Below, piece after piece: positions 28,120 to 38,463 of a stretch of DNA of 64,000 nt. Position numbers and translations under genes: made by a program. The stretch is from the IMG/VR virus record IMGVR_UViG_2667527224_000001. One strand, 5' to 3'. The notes under the pieces were generated by a model. That model did not search any database. It had not been told where the DNA came from and was given only the letters and a program-made list of their open reading frames with translations. Every line of letters starts with the position of its first letter. Position 1 is the stretch's first letter. This stretch comes from a virus.

Positions 28120-28521
28120 TCAGTTGGTGTCGAGCCGGTAGCTGAATGACGCCGGGATGCTGATCAGGCCATCAGTAATAATCGGGGCGACAATGCTCAT
28201 CGGGGTCATCACCTGCACGCCTACAGCGCCAAACCTGGCATTGAGCGGGAAGTGGTCGGCGAGCTCCTGAGCAATTTCGTCGCCGTCCCCAGTGCCATCA
28301 CCCGCCGGGAAGATGACGTTGATTTGGAATGTCCCGGAGTACAGGCGATGGTCCCCCTCAAGCGTGAGGCTATCCGTCAACGCCGGAATGGCATGACAAG
28401 ACAAGTACATGCCCGACGGCCTTTCGAAGGCTTGGCCCGGATAGGCCACTGGCAGTGCCTTGTCATTGGCGTAGACCTCCAGTGCGGCCTCGAAGGCGCG
28501 CTTGATCAGGGCTTGGGACAT
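28120..28521 (-). CDS. Tail terminator-like protein
   Basis: G.FQINV..P.G.G motif; position. Confidence 0.7.
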   Translation of the reverse strand: MSQALIKRAFEAALEVYANDKALPVAYPGQAFERPSGMYLSCHAIPALTDSLTLEGDHRLYSGTFQINVIFPAGDGTGDGDEIAQELADHFPLNARFGAVGVQVMTPMSIVAPIITDGLISIPASFSYRLDTN

Positions 28522-29117
28522 TAGGTTTTCCTGCGAGCAAGAATCTCGCTGACGATGGATTGGAATCGGTCGACGGTGATGCGGACCATCCCGCCCGGCG
28601 CCTGCTTCTCCGAGTGTCCATACTCGAGGGGGATCGCATACGGCAGGTTATTCACGATGTAGGCGACATCCCCTGCTTCCAGGCTACCCACCCCGGCAAT
28701 GATTCTGCCGAGCGTATCCGCGCCATTTGGATCAATGGTCTCAAGCTCACCACTTGCAGGGCTGCCAATAGTGAATTGCCAATTCCCCCGGAATCGGCCT
28801 CCCACGTAACCAGCAGCCCCCTTGATCGCCATCGAGTCGTTGACCTTCAAGCCTTTACGCAGTCTCCCGCCCTTAGTGACATTGGCAGGATCAGAGCGCA
28901 GGGTTGCGTTGTGATTGGCTACTTCTTGGTTGTGCTGGGCAGCTACCGCGTTCTCGGCCCATAACTCTGGGTTGCCCACCGGAGAGAGCCTAATCAGTGC
29001 CTCCCCAACCTTGATCACGATTTCGCGAAAGCTCAGGTCAATGTCCTTCTTTGCCTCATCAGCAAATGCCTGGAGCTGAGCAGAAAAGCCACCGCTAAAT
29101 CCTGAATACTTGTTCAT
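28521..29117 (-). CDS. HK97 gp10-like neck protein
   Basis: SPVG, GGRFRGNWQ, LEYGHS..APGGMVR. Confidence 0.8.
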   Translation of the reverse strand: MNKYSGFSGGFSAQLQAFADEAKKDIDLSFREIVIKVGEALIRLSPVGNPELWAENAVAAQHNQEVANHNATLRSDPANVTKGGRLRKGLKVNDSMAIKGAAGYVGGRFRGNWQFTIGSPASGELETIDPNGADTLGRIIAGVGSLEAGDVAYIVNNLPYAIPLEYGHSEKQAPGGMVRITVDRFQSIVSEILARRKT

Positions 29118-29500
29118 CGCATCACCGAGGCTGAATACAGCAAATCAATGCCCGCGGGTGACACAGGCGTAACGCCAATCACCTTCCATTCTTCGCCATC
29201 AAGAATCACGACATGGCCTGGCGCTGGCGGCCACAGCATGCCTTTCGCGGCAATCTTGAGAGCTCGAATGTTCGATTCGATTAGCGTGCCCTCTTGGAAC
29301 TTCTGATCGAACGCCTGAACGGTGCCCTGGCTCGCTGGGCGTACGATCGTCGTAATCACCTGCTCCTCTACGACACCTGGGCGGTTCTTCCCGATCGAGG
29401 TGTCGTACTTGCCTGCGATAGTCCGCCGAAGCGTAAGCGGCCGCCCAAACTCCGCCATCATGTCCAGGGTCATTTGAGCCATTTCGTCATAGAACTCCAT
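29114..29500 (-). CDS. Head-tail joining protein
   Basis: Position and size. Confidence 0.65.
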   Translation of the reverse strand: MEFYDEMAQMTLDMMAEFGRPLTLRRTIAGKYDTSIGKNRPGVVEEQVITTIVRPASQGTVQAFDQKFQEGTLIESNIRALKIAAKGMLWPPAPGHVVILDGEEWKVIGVTPVSPAGIDLLYSASVMR

Positions 29501-29503
29501 GGT

Positions 29504-29992
29504 CTACCCCCGGATTAGTGCAATCTGGCTTGAGCTTCCAAGGAAACCTGTAAGCAAGGCAACACACGGACGTGTAGACACGGAAGTCTTCACGACCGGC
29601 GCCGCGTACTCGCGAGTTACAGCCCCGTCCACCGCCTCCTTTGTGATGGCTCCCTTCACGACCTTGGCTGCCGCTACATCCTCGGCATGAAGCTCAGCCG
29701 CCAGAGCCATCTGCGCTTGTTTGACCTGGGCGGGAATCGCATCGAGCTTGACCGCGAAACCATTGCGCACCACGCCCGATCGAGGCCATGAAAGAGCCTG
29801 GTCACCAGACACTGGGCTGCCCGCCCAGCGAAGACCATCAAGCTGCACAGCAGCACGGCGTAGCAAAGCTTCTTGAGCAGGTTCAGCATCTGGCACCTCC
29901 ACGCCGTAATTGGCGGCATAGACCGCAAAGTCCGCGGCGCTGACAAACGAGTCGGCGCCGGAAACAATGGAACCGTCTTCGATGATCAGCAT
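29504..29992 (-). CDS. Head-tail connector (DnaT-like annotated family)
   Basis: IEDG..V.GADSFVS, QAL.WPR. Confidence 0.75.
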   Translation of the reverse strand: MLIIEDGSIVSGADSFVSAADFAVYAANYGVEVPDAEPAQEALLRRAAVQLDGLRWAGSPVSGDQALSWPRSGVVRNGFAVKLDAIPAQVKQAQMALAAELHAEDVAAAKVVKGAITKEAVDGAVTREYAAPVVKTSVSTRPCVALLTGFLGSSSQIALIRG

Positions 29993-29995
29993 GGG

Positions 29996-30580
29996 TTACT
30001 CCGCCGGCAGGAGCGCTTTCAGCTCGTCCAGGGTTACGTCGTCGTTGAAGGTGATGCCTTTTTCGGTCAGCGCAACCTTCAGCTCGACGACCTTTTCAGC
30101 GACTTCGGCTTGATCCACCAATGCCTGCAGGTCCGGTTTCTTCGCTTTCGGGTCGAAGTCGATACCTCTTGCGGTCAGGACTTCGCGCAGTTTGGCGATG
30201 GGCATCTTGCCGTCTGCGTTGTTGTCAGCATCTTGCTCGGCAATCGCGTCGGCAATTTCTTGAGCGGTGCTGCGCGAGACGTAGCCTTCTGGCGGGTAGT
30301 TCGCTGCCGGGTAGCCCGCAGCTACGAACTCGGCCACAGTCGGACCATCTTCACGCAGAGCGGCGCCCTGCCACGAACAACCTTCAGGCTCGTCGGTCAC
30401 GCCGAACTTCTCGGCATATGCCTTCGGCGCCATGCCGGTGACACCGTCGCATTCTTCTAGGCCGGCACCGTCGCTATATGCCAACGGGTTACGAATGGTC
30501 AGGCCATTGGCCTGGGCCGCAGCCTTCTGTTCGGCAGTGGCAACCCCAGGGATAAACCACAGAATCTTTTGCTTGATCAT
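29996..30580 (-). CDS. Head accessory protein with HeH/LEM-like repeats
   Basis: LREVLTARGIDF...KKPDLQAL and LK.AL.EKGITF. Confidence 0.65.
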   Translation of the reverse strand: MIKQKILWFIPGVATAEQKAAAQANGLTIRNPLAYSDGAGLEECDGVTGMAPKAYAEKFGVTDEPEGCSWQGAALREDGPTVAEFVAAGYPAANYPPEGYVSRSTAQEIADAIAEQDADNNADGKMPIAKLREVLTARGIDFDPKAKKPDLQALVDQAEVAEKVVELKVALTEKGITFNDDVTLDELKALLPAE

Positions 30581-30622
30581 GAATGCCTCACCGGCGCCGA
30601 GCGAACCCGGCGCTCTTCAGGG

Positions 30623-31576
30623 TTACTTGGTTTTGACGAGAACGCCGGCGGTGTCCTTGTTGGAGGTGGCCACCTTGTCCCAGTTGGTCGAAGTGCCCAG
30701 CGCAACGTCAGTCGGCGATTTACCGCCGGCTGCGATGTCCCACGCATAGCCTTTCAGGCCTACGTTGTAGGTCCACTCGGCCTGGTAGGTGGTCTTGATG
30801 TTCTCGCCACCTGCGGTGTCCTGCAGAATGGCGTGGAAATCGCCATTGGGTTGCACGATGCCCGCGCCCTCGACCAAGCCCAGGGTGTTGTAGGTCGGAG
30901 TCGCACCCGGGTTGATCAGCGCGTCGGAGTCAGTCACCACAAACAAGCGACCGAAGGCATCGCGCATCACATTGACGGTGCCAAAGCTGAACAGCTGCTC
31001 GGCGTTTGTCAGCGCGTTGTCGTACAGCGAGTGCAGCACGGTGGAGTGCAGCAACCAGGCGCGAAGTGAGCCGGCGCGATCGCCAAACAGCGCGGAACCC
31101 TTGTTCAGGACACGGAACGTTGGAGCCGCCGCCGTGCCATCGTGCACCACCGCCGCGTTGCCCGACGTTGCCGCCACCAGGGCGCGGATACCGGCGTTAA
31201 GCTGGTCTTGCACCTGAGCGATGGCCAGCTGCTCGCCGATCTTGATTGCCGCCAGTTCAGGGTTCTGGAGGATCCAGGTGTACTGCTGCTTTTCGAACTC
31301 AATCGGCGGCGTACCGGCGGCGACTTTCACCGACACATTCAGCAGGTGCTCCAGGCGCTTGGCAGCCACAGCGCCAGAGCCGTAGGCGTTACGACGGCGA
31401 ACCAGGCCGGCAATTTGTTTGAAGGAAGCGTCCAGCGAGAAGTCGCCCTGATTCTGGCCCGCAGCCAGTACCAAGGTGCCGCCAGAGGCCGCGTTGAACA
31501 GCTGCACCTGCTGATCCACAACCTCGGTCATGGCGGAGTAGGTTTGCTTGTTGAATACCTGAAGATCGAATGGCAT
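30623..31576 (-). CDS. Major capsid protein
   Basis: 317 aa after scaffold; YQAEWTYNVGLKGYAWD. Confidence 0.85.
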   Translation of the reverse strand: MPFDLQVFNKQTYSAMTEVVDQQVQLFNAASGGTLVLAAGQNQGDFSLDASFKQIAGLVRRRNAYGSGAVAAKRLEHLLNVSVKVAAGTPPIEFEKQQYTWILQNPELAAIKIGEQLAIAQVQDQLNAGIRALVAATSGNAAVVHDGTAAAPTFRVLNKGSALFGDRAGSLRAWLLHSTVLHSLYDNALTNAEQLFSFGTVNVMRDAFGRLFVVTDSDALINPGATPTYNTLGLVEGAGIVQPNGDFHAILQDTAGGENIKTTYQAEWTYNVGLKGYAWDIAAGGKSPTDVALGTSTNWDKVATSNKDTAGVLVKTK

Positions 31577-31596
31577 AGAGCCCTCTCAGTGATGGA

Positions 31597-32340
31597 TTAC
31601 GCTTGCGACTGAGCCCAGGCCACTTTTTCGGCGTCGGTCTTGCAGTCGGCGAGCTTTTTCGGGGTGCCGGAATTGCCACCACCACCGTTCGGAGCGCCGC
31701 CGCCATTGGCGCCGGAGCCCTTCAGGATGTGGTCGCGGTGGGGGTACTGCGAGACAAGGGTTTCAATCGCTTCGTCGAAGTCGGCCAGCTCACCCGGGCG
31801 GGAGCGGCTGAAGATCTTCTGGCCTTGGGCGTCATAGGCGACGACCTTGCCGTCTTCGATCTTCAGGCTTTGCCCGAAGGTGGCCTGGACCATGTCGGCT
31901 GGAACTGCCAGCTTTTCGGCGATGTACTTCGAGCGGGCGAAGTTGCCACCGATCTTCTCGGCGTACAGTTGCTGTTCGAAGGTCTGCGCCTTGCCGTTGG
32001 CTTCATCCAGCTGGGTCTGGAAGGCTTTGCTGATCTCGTTGCGAACAGTGTCAATCTCGCCGGCGTCCACCAGCTGCTTCTGATCGAGTTTCGAGACGGT
32101 GTCGAGAGCCTTTTTGGCCGCCGCTGGGTCATCGATACCCTCGAAAGCCTTGAGAGCTCGTTCGGCAGTATCCTTGCCTTCGCGGTGATTCTTGGCTTCG
32201 GCATTCAAAGCGGTGATGCGGGATACGGCAGAGGCGGCATCGAACGGAATGTCCTTGCCGTCGTCGTGCGTGTATACCGGCTTGCCGTCCTGAATCTCAG
32301 CGTATTGCTTGCCGTCCACTTCAACAGTCTTGAGCTTCAT
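31597..32340 (-). CDS. Capsid scaffold (DUF6651-like)
   Basis: MKLK...DGKPVY, coiled coil, Gly-rich tail. Confidence 0.8.
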   Translation of the reverse strand: MKLKTVEVDGKQYAEIQDGKPVYTHDDGKDIPFDAASAVSRITALNAEAKNHREGKDTAERALKAFEGIDDPAAAKKALDTVSKLDQKQLVDAGEIDTVRNEISKAFQTQLDEANGKAQTFEQQLYAEKIGGNFARSKYIAEKLAVPADMVQATFGQSLKIEDGKVVAYDAQGQKIFSRSRPGELADFDEAIETLVSQYPHRDHILKGSGANGGGAPNGGGGNSGTPKKLADCKTDAEKVAWAQSQA

Positions 32341-32474
32341 CTTGTCTCCTGCGAGCCATCCGGCTCAGTGCGCCCCGTCCATCCGAACAGCGGGCATAAA
32401 AAAGCCCCGGCGGATGCCGAGGCTTAAAGGTGTTCGCGCCACGTTTTGGCGATATCGCATTTCGTGGCGCGCAT

Positions 32475-33548
32475 TTATTTGAGGCGTTCGCGCAATTGCT
32501 CCATCGTGAGCAGCTTGCCCTTGTCGTTGTAGAAGGCGTCCAGCTTCAGACCGCCCTCGCGCATCATCTGCGCCCGCGTCACCCCAAGGATCTGATCCTG
32601 TCGCCCTGCCGACTGCTTGCTAAGCCATTCAGCGTAGGTCGTGCTCGCCGGCACCTGGCCGTCCATGCTGGCTCGGGTTGCGCCATCGTCGAAGCCGAGC
32701 GCCGCGGCACTCTTGAGCACCGGGAACTTGGTTGAGCGGCAGCACATGTGAATGCGCCCCGGCCGCGCCAGCCAGGGGATCTTGTGGCCGATCGGCTTGT
32801 AGGTCTTGAGCGTGTAAGGCAACTGGTCGCGAATGCGGCAGGTGCTGGAGGTCTTGTTATCCAGGGTGCTTAGCCACTGCACATGGCTGATGATGTCGCT
32901 GTTTGCCTCGTACGCGGCGTCACTGGCTGTTTCGGCGGTGTGGCCAATAGCTGAGCGCACAATCGTTTCGACGTCGCGCCGGGAGCGTTGCAGCAACCCG
33001 TCTTCGAAGTTCTCGCTTTTACGTCCGACGATCTGCTTGACGATATCGCTGGTCGTACGCCCCTCAACCACGCCTGAGCGAATTGCATCGCGGATGCGTG
33101 CGGCTCGATCAGCCTCAATGCCAGCCATCCATTCTTTGAGCAATCGCCCCTGAAAGGGTCTGGCTTGAACAATCGCCTTGGCCGCACTGAAGGCAACGCT
33201 CACCACTGGAAACTGAACCTGCACCGCACGCGGAAGAACGGATTCGACCAAGGCCTGCTGAAAGCTCAACTCGTAGACAAGCAAGTCATCAAGGTTGCGA
33301 TTCAGCGCCTCATTGACCTCAAGGAAGGCTGTCGCATTCACCTGCAATACAGCCGACAGCACCTGGTTCATCGCCTCGACCGTCAAGACCGTGCCGACAT
33401 TCTCCATTGCGTCAATCAGGCGTGACTTGAGTTCGGCGTCCCGGCCGTTGAGGATCGCGATGATCGCCCTCGCCTGGGCGTTACTGTAATGCGTCAGGTC
33501 GATAGCGTGACCAAGCATGGCGTCACGCAACTGCTGATTAATGCTCAT
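32475..33548 (-). CDS. Minor head protein (Mu F / SPP1 gp7-like)
   Basis: WLSTLD.KT...C, H..CRS. Confidence 0.85.
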   Translation of the reverse strand: MSINQQLRDAMLGHAIDLTHYSNAQARAIIAILNGRDAELKSRLIDAMENVGTVLTVEAMNQVLSAVLQVNATAFLEVNEALNRNLDDLLVYELSFQQALVESVLPRAVQVQFPVVSVAFSAAKAIVQARPFQGRLLKEWMAGIEADRAARIRDAIRSGVVEGRTTSDIVKQIVGRKSENFEDGLLQRSRRDVETIVRSAIGHTAETASDAAYEANSDIISHVQWLSTLDNKTSSTCRIRDQLPYTLKTYKPIGHKIPWLARPGRIHMCCRSTKFPVLKSAAALGFDDGATRASMDGQVPASTTYAEWLSKQSAGRQDQILGVTRAQMMREGGLKLDAFYNDKGKLLTMEQLRERLK

Positions 33549-34918
33549 TACAGCGTACCCAGTGCAGGGCCTTGCATCTCAATGCGGTCCTTCTCCACCG
33601 CCCAATCCAGCTCGTCGCTGATAACGCCGCGGCGCTGCATTTCGGAGTAGAGGGTCTCGTCGCTGATCTTCCCGGCGGAAGCCATGCTGATCAGGGATGG
33701 AAGGCTGACCTCGGGAGCAAAGTCGCTATCGAAGTTGCCGCGCATCTCGACATGCCCGCCATCAGGCAGGCCGCGATAGTCGGCAAGGATCTGGAGTAGC
33801 TGAGCGAGGCAGTCGGCGAACTGGCCGGCCATTCGCGCCAGAGGCGACAATTCCTGAGCGGCCTCTTCATTGGCCTGGGCTGCCGTTTTCACCTGCTGCT
33901 TGTCGCGCTGCAGCAGCTTTGCCCCTGCCATGCGCATCTCATCAATCAAGTCTTGCAGTGATTGGCGGCCGGCCTCGATTGCGGCGCCGGTGTGTTCGAC
34001 ATACTCAGCACTGCCATCCTTCGGCATGCGGGTTGCGCTGCCGGAGCTGATGACCAGCTTGAATTGATCGTCATCGGTGAACACGAACAGCAGCGGCACC
34101 CGGGCGACGTGCAGGAGGTTGTCCTGATCGCTCTGCGACTGCCAGTGCTTGACGTTGAGGTAGGCCAGCTCCAGCAATGAGGGCTTGGCGGTGAGCGCGC
34201 CGGTGCGGCCTGTGTAGAAGGTCACCAGCGGAATGTACGAGAGGCTGGTCGCGCCTCGCTCATGCAGCTCCCACGCCCCGCCTTTGTCAGGTTTACGGTA
34301 GGTTCGCCAAGAGCCAGGCTCCAGCACGCGAATCTGCTGAACGCTGGCGGTGCCAAACTCACCATCCGGCACCTCGACGGACTCCATGTAGCGAAACTGG
34401 GTCAGTTTGCCTGCAGTGAATCGCCAGCCCAGCACCTGATCAGGCTTCACAATGACCGCATAGGGCCGCACGCCCGCCTTGATCTCTTCGGCCCGCGTCT
34501 TGTAGAGCGGATTCCCCTCTGCATCTTGGGTCGGCTGGTAATCGATGAGCGCGTGACACAGCCCGTGACTCAACCCATTGCGGAACAGTTCGACCGACCA
34601 TGAGTTGAGATCGTTGCCGGCCAGGTCAATGTCGCCACACAGGGTCTTGATGTCATCAGGAACATCCTCACCCAACTGCAGGGGCTCGGCGAACACTCGC
34701 GACGTCATGTTGCTGACTGTCTCGGCATATACCGGCAGCAGCGTGGACAGTGCCAGGCGCTCCTTGTAAGTGTCATCTTGCTCTGCGGGGTATTGCGGCA
34801 GCAGAACTTTGCCAACTGCGCGCATGGCAGATGTTCCGCCCATCAGCGGCGCAACAATGTCCCAGTAGGCACGCATGCGGTCCACCGCCGGAAGCGTGGC
34901 GCTTGGGTCATCACTCAT
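33548..34918 (-). CDS. Portal protein (DUF4055-like)
   Basis: 456 aa directly after terminase. Confidence 0.85.
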   Translation of the reverse strand: MSDDPSATLPAVDRMRAYWDIVAPLMGGTSAMRAVGKVLLPQYPAEQDDTYKERLALSTLLPVYAETVSNMTSRVFAEPLQLGEDVPDDIKTLCGDIDLAGNDLNSWSVELFRNGLSHGLCHALIDYQPTQDAEGNPLYKTRAEEIKAGVRPYAVIVKPDQVLGWRFTAGKLTQFRYMESVEVPDGEFGTASVQQIRVLEPGSWRTYRKPDKGGAWELHERGATSLSYIPLVTFYTGRTGALTAKPSLLELAYLNVKHWQSQSDQDNLLHVARVPLLFVFTDDDQFKLVISSGSATRMPKDGSAEYVEHTGAAIEAGRQSLQDLIDEMRMAGAKLLQRDKQQVKTAAQANEEAAQELSPLARMAGQFADCLAQLLQILADYRGLPDGGHVEMRGNFDSDFAPEVSLPSLISMASAGKISDETLYSEMQRRGVISDELDWAVEKDRIEMQGPALGTL

Positions 34919-34920
34919 GG

Positions 34921-36408
34921 TCAGATTCTCAGGGATTGGGTGGAGGTTGGTACAGGCTTGCGCTTGGTCATGGCGACCGCGAAGTAGCGGAAGCCGTCAG
35001 AGCCGTGGGATGTCTTGTCGTGCAGCGGCTTGTCTTTCCAGCAGCCGCGCTTGTCGTCCCATTCCTTGCGGTAGTTCTCAAGGTGGGTGATGCCTTCTTC
35101 GCACTTTGATTCGTCGAACACGCAGCGCGGCAGGATCTCCCGAGCCGCCTCGATGCCGGTGTCAACGCCTGTCTTGGGCACGACCTGGAACTTGATCGAG
35201 TACCGCTCTCCATCGATCTCATAGCCTTCTTTGGCGATGTCCTTGCGGCTCTTGGCATCGCTGCCGAACTCGCGGTTTTCGATGTCGTGCGGCCCCCAGT
35301 GCTCGGAATAGGTATAACCCTTGTTCTTGAGCACCTTCATGTAGTGCCGCAGGCCCTCGCCTGAGTTTTCGTAGTAATCAATGACGTGGTATTCGGTGCC
35401 GACCTGGCGCACGAACCAGATGGCCGTAGAGTCGCCGACGCCGATGTCCCAAAAGGTCATGACCGGAAGGTGCGAGTTGTTCGGTATCGCGCCTATGCGG
35501 CCTTCTGCGTAAAGCCTGGTGAACTGCTGGGCGTAGTAGGCGCCCTCTACCGACTGCTGGAAGGCCTCGACCGGGATCGACGGGTACTCGCGCTTCATGT
35601 CATCGCCGAGGGTCTTTTCCTTTGCGGTGTACCAGGCGCGCTGCCCGGGGTTCGTCTGGATGCCGTGCTTGGCCTCCAGGTCGTTGAAATAGTCAGTCAG
35701 GCGTTGCGGAATAACCGCCGTCGCCGGGTCCAGCCAGTACAGCGGGTTACGCCACCAGCTGAAGAAGAAGAATTTCCAGTCGAGAAGGCCCAGCGGCGTG
35801 CCGGACAGCTGCTGCTTCTCGGCGCTCTGCGAGTAGTCGAAGAAGTAGCCGGCCCGACCCTCCGCAGTCGATTCGATGGTGACGAAGCAATCTGCTGCCA
35901 CCGCCTCGAAGGCGCCAGTGACGATCTCCCGCGCCTTATGTGGATACTTGGCGCAGATCTTTCCGAACTCGGAAACGTGCAGATAGCGCAGCGTGCCGCC
36001 CCGGAAGGAGGTACTGACGTAGAGCGAGCCGCCTTTGCTAAATACCAGCTCGCCCGCCGCGTCATTGCGCGCCGGGTTGGCCGCCTTGATCTCAGCCGGC
36101 AGGTTGTCATAGGCGTACTTGATCTTCTCCCGAAACAGGCGCTTGGCGTCCGTCAGGGTGTGAGCGATCAGCGCGCACTTGGCAGCCTCGAACAGCGCAG
36201 CATCCAGTTGGACGATGCAGACCAGAGTCGTAAACCCCAGCTGCCTCGCCTTGAGGATGATGTTTCGGGTGTGCATGCCCTGGAAGTAGTCGATCTGCTC
36301 CTGCGTCATGCGGAAGCGGACTTTCTTACCGTTCTTGTCGGTGATCCAGTAGAGATTGTTCAGGCGCCAGAACCGATCCCTGAGCAGCTTCAAGTGCTCG
36401 GGCTTCAT
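34921..36408 (-). CDS. Terminase large subunit
   Basis: KARQLGFTT, ESTAEG, WDIG nuclease motif, H.SDGFRY. Confidence 0.93.
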   Translation of the reverse strand: MKPEHLKLLRDRFWRLNNLYWITDKNGKKVRFRMTQEQIDYFQGMHTRNIILKARQLGFTTLVCIVQLDAALFEAAKCALIAHTLTDAKRLFREKIKYAYDNLPAEIKAANPARNDAAGELVFSKGGSLYVSTSFRGGTLRYLHVSEFGKICAKYPHKAREIVTGAFEAVAADCFVTIESTAEGRAGYFFDYSQSAEKQQLSGTPLGLLDWKFFFFSWWRNPLYWLDPATAVIPQRLTDYFNDLEAKHGIQTNPGQRAWYTAKEKTLGDDMKREYPSIPVEAFQQSVEGAYYAQQFTRLYAEGRIGAIPNNSHLPVMTFWDIGVGDSTAIWFVRQVGTEYHVIDYYENSGEGLRHYMKVLKNKGYTYSEHWGPHDIENREFGSDAKSRKDIAKEGYEIDGERYSIKFQVVPKTGVDTGIEAAREILPRCVFDESKCEEGITHLENYRKEWDDKRGCWKDKPLHDKTSHGSDGFRYFAVAMTKRKPVPTSTQSLRI

Positions 36409-36409
36409 G

Positions 36410-36934
36410 TCAGGCTTCCTTCGATAATTCATCCATCAGGTCAGACAGGCCGCTGACTGTCTTGTCGCCTTCCTCGGTGTCGAGGTTGTAGGCCTGGCGT
36501 TCGCCCTTGATCACCTTGAGCTGGGCGTCGACTCCAGCGTTCAGCGCGCGGGAGAAGTCGCCAAGATTGTCCTCGTCGATCTCGATATCACTCAGGGCTG
36601 CGCGAAGCTTGTTAGAGATTTCACGCCACTGCCCAAGGTCGGCCCGGTGAGCCAATACAACTGAGGCGGCTTCATCGGATGCCTCATCAACAATCTGCGC
36701 ATCGTCACGCACTTCACGCTGCGTGACGTCGGTGCGTGAAGGGTTGCGTGAAAGCTTTTCCTTGGTCGCCGTACGAACCTGGTCGGTAAGGTCACGCTGC
36801 CAGCCATTCTTCTTGGCTCGACTGCGGATCGTTGCTTCGTTGGTGTCGTACTTTTCAGCTATTCCACGCAGTGAAAGCGACCCGGCCCGGTAGGCACGTT
36901 CGATCGCCTCCCAGTCGGGTTGCTTGGTTGTCAT
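36410..36934 (-). CDS. Terminase small subunit
   Basis: PDWEAIERAYRAG HTH; adjacent to TerL. Confidence 0.85.
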   Translation of the reverse strand: MTTKQPDWEAIERAYRAGSLSLRGIAEKYDTNEATIRSRAKKNGWQRDLTDQVRTATKEKLSRNPSRTDVTQREVRDDAQIVDEASDEAASVVLAHRADLGQWREISNKLRAALSDIEIDEDNLGDFSRALNAGVDAQLKVIKGERQAYNLDTEEGDKTVSGLSDLMDELSKEA

Positions 36935-37161
36935 GGGGGATCCTTAGTCTTGGCTGTCCAGCAGCACATCAATCAGCCTCTGCCTACCCAGCCAATACAC
37001 CAAGGCACCGCATGATTGAGCATTGCTCTCATTTGTGATTTCGAACGCATTTCAGTTGCAACAGACTGCTCATCGGATACCTATCAGAGTTGCTTGATCC
37101 GATGGCAAGTAGCCGCTATTCCTTAAAGTCATTGCCTGCAGTGATACTTAAGGAGAAGAGG

Positions 37162-37386
37162 ATGCTGAATAAATACGTGGTTGTTCCGGCAATTCCTGTG
37201 GCAACAGAAGCCGTGCGTGAGGGTGATCGCTATTACTGCAAAACCGTCTCGAGCGGATTCAATCTCTACGACAATCAGGAAAAGCAGAGATTGGTGCCAG
37301 CCTATTCAACCCGCCAAGAAGCTGAGACCGAATGTGAGCGACTCAATCTTGAGCGCCTTCAATCCATACAGTCTGCATACGCTTGA
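37162..37386 (+). CDS. Small antisense hypothetical
   Basis: AAGGAG RBS, 74 aa. Confidence 0.65.
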   Translation: MLNKYVVVPAIPVATEAVREGDRYYCKTVSSGFNLYDNQEKQRLVPAYSTRQEAETECERLNLERLQSIQSAYA

Positions 37387-37387
37387 G

Positions 37388-37576
37388 TCAGCTCACCATG
37401 ATGTTCGTCTGCAAATGGGCATGCCCGTGCAGGATGGACACAACCAATCCCTGAGGTAGGCCGGCTGCCTTGGCAGCATCGATCGCCTTGGCGATGGCGG
37501 TATCCAGCTCAGTGACGGCCTTGTTGATGGCTGGGCTCAGTGGCAATGCGTGATGCAGGCGGGTGATGTTGGTCAT
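37388..37576 (-). CDS. Small late-operon hypothetical
   Basis: GGGAG RBS; 62 aa. Confidence 0.65.
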   Translation of the reverse strand: MTNITRLHHALPLSPAINKAVTELDTAIAKAIDAAKAAGLPQGLVVSILHGHAHLQTNIMVS

Positions 37577-37629
37577 GCCCTACTCCCATGTCGCGACACA
37601 ATTTGCTGATTCGCGAAACGTGTCGCGGA

Positions 37630-38037
37630 TTACTGGTTCGCCCCATTCAGGTTCCGGCGAATCTCAGCCAGGTCCTGAGCGATCTCACCCAGATCCTTGT
37701 CCCGGCGCTTCTCGGCCCACTTGAACCAGGCGCGGACCAGAACCCAAGCAGGCAGGCCGCACACGAAGATCAGCCCGCCGATGGCGATCAACCCAACGTC
37801 GTCATTCGCCCAGTCACCAATCCCCAGCCAGCGCACGACGAACGCGCCGCCGCAGATGCTGGATACGGTGGTGCTGATCATGGCGACAACGAACTCGCGC
37901 ACGGTCTTGGGCAGCGTCATCGCCATGACAACCACAGCAGCCAATACCGCAACGAAGCCAAAGGCCCCCAGTTTGTACAACGCAATCCCGCCAGCGGCGG
38001 TCAATGGGCCGGGCTCGGACATAGGTAGTGATCTCAT
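37630..38037 (-). CDS. Holin-like membrane protein
   Basis: 3 TM segments, charged C-tail, first gene of late operon. Confidence 0.7.
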   Translation of the reverse strand: MRSLPMSEPGPLTAAGGIALYKLGAFGFVAVLAAVVVMAMTLPKTVREFVVAMISTTVSSICGGAFVVRWLGIGDWANDDVGLIAIGGLIFVCGLPAWVLVRAWFKWAEKRRDKDLGEIAQDLAEIRRNLNGANQ

Positions 38038-38162
38038 ACGCGCCTCGGGTTTCTAGGCGAAGGAATTGGGCCGGCGCCCGTGCAACTCCCCACCGAAGCG
38101 GCTAGAGGATGCACAGACCCGGAAACGACAAAGCCCAAGTGCTTGCTCAGGCCTAGAACACT

Positions 38163-38203
38163 TACAACATAATTGTTGTATTACTACATAACTGTTGTAT
38201 AAT
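38163..38203 (+). promoter_or_regulatory. hicAB promoter with two 18-bp palindromic operators
   Basis: TACAAC-ATAATT-GTTGTA, TACTAC-ATAACT-GTTGTA; TTGTAT-N16-TATAAT. Confidence 0.75.
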
Positions 38204-38231
38204 GAACTCATCCAAACAACGAGGCGAGGTG

Positions 38232-38411
38232 ATGAAGTTCAGCGAGTTCAGACGATGGTTGAAGGCCCAAGGGGTGACCTTCGAAGCAGGCAAAGGAAGC
38301 CACTTCAAGATCACCGCCCCAAACGGCAACAAGACCACCTTCGCGGATCACGGTAGTAAGGAAATGCCAGAACCGACCCGCAAGGCGATCATCAAACAAC
38401 TGGGGCTCTGA
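38232..38411 (+). CDS. hicA: HicA toxin
   Basis: 59 aa, GKGSH motif. Confidence 0.9.
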   Translation: MKFSEFRRWLKAQGVTFEAGKGSHFKITAPNGNKTTFADHGSKEMPEPTRKAIIKQLGL

Positions 38412-38463
38412 AGAGCCCCTTCACCACATCTGAATGCTGGACGATCACCTCCGAGGAGTGACC

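Noticed and set aside
36945-37010. Small gene upstream of terminase small subunit
   Set aside because: Only a 3' remnant (...LVYWLGRQRLIDVLLDSQD*) with no start found
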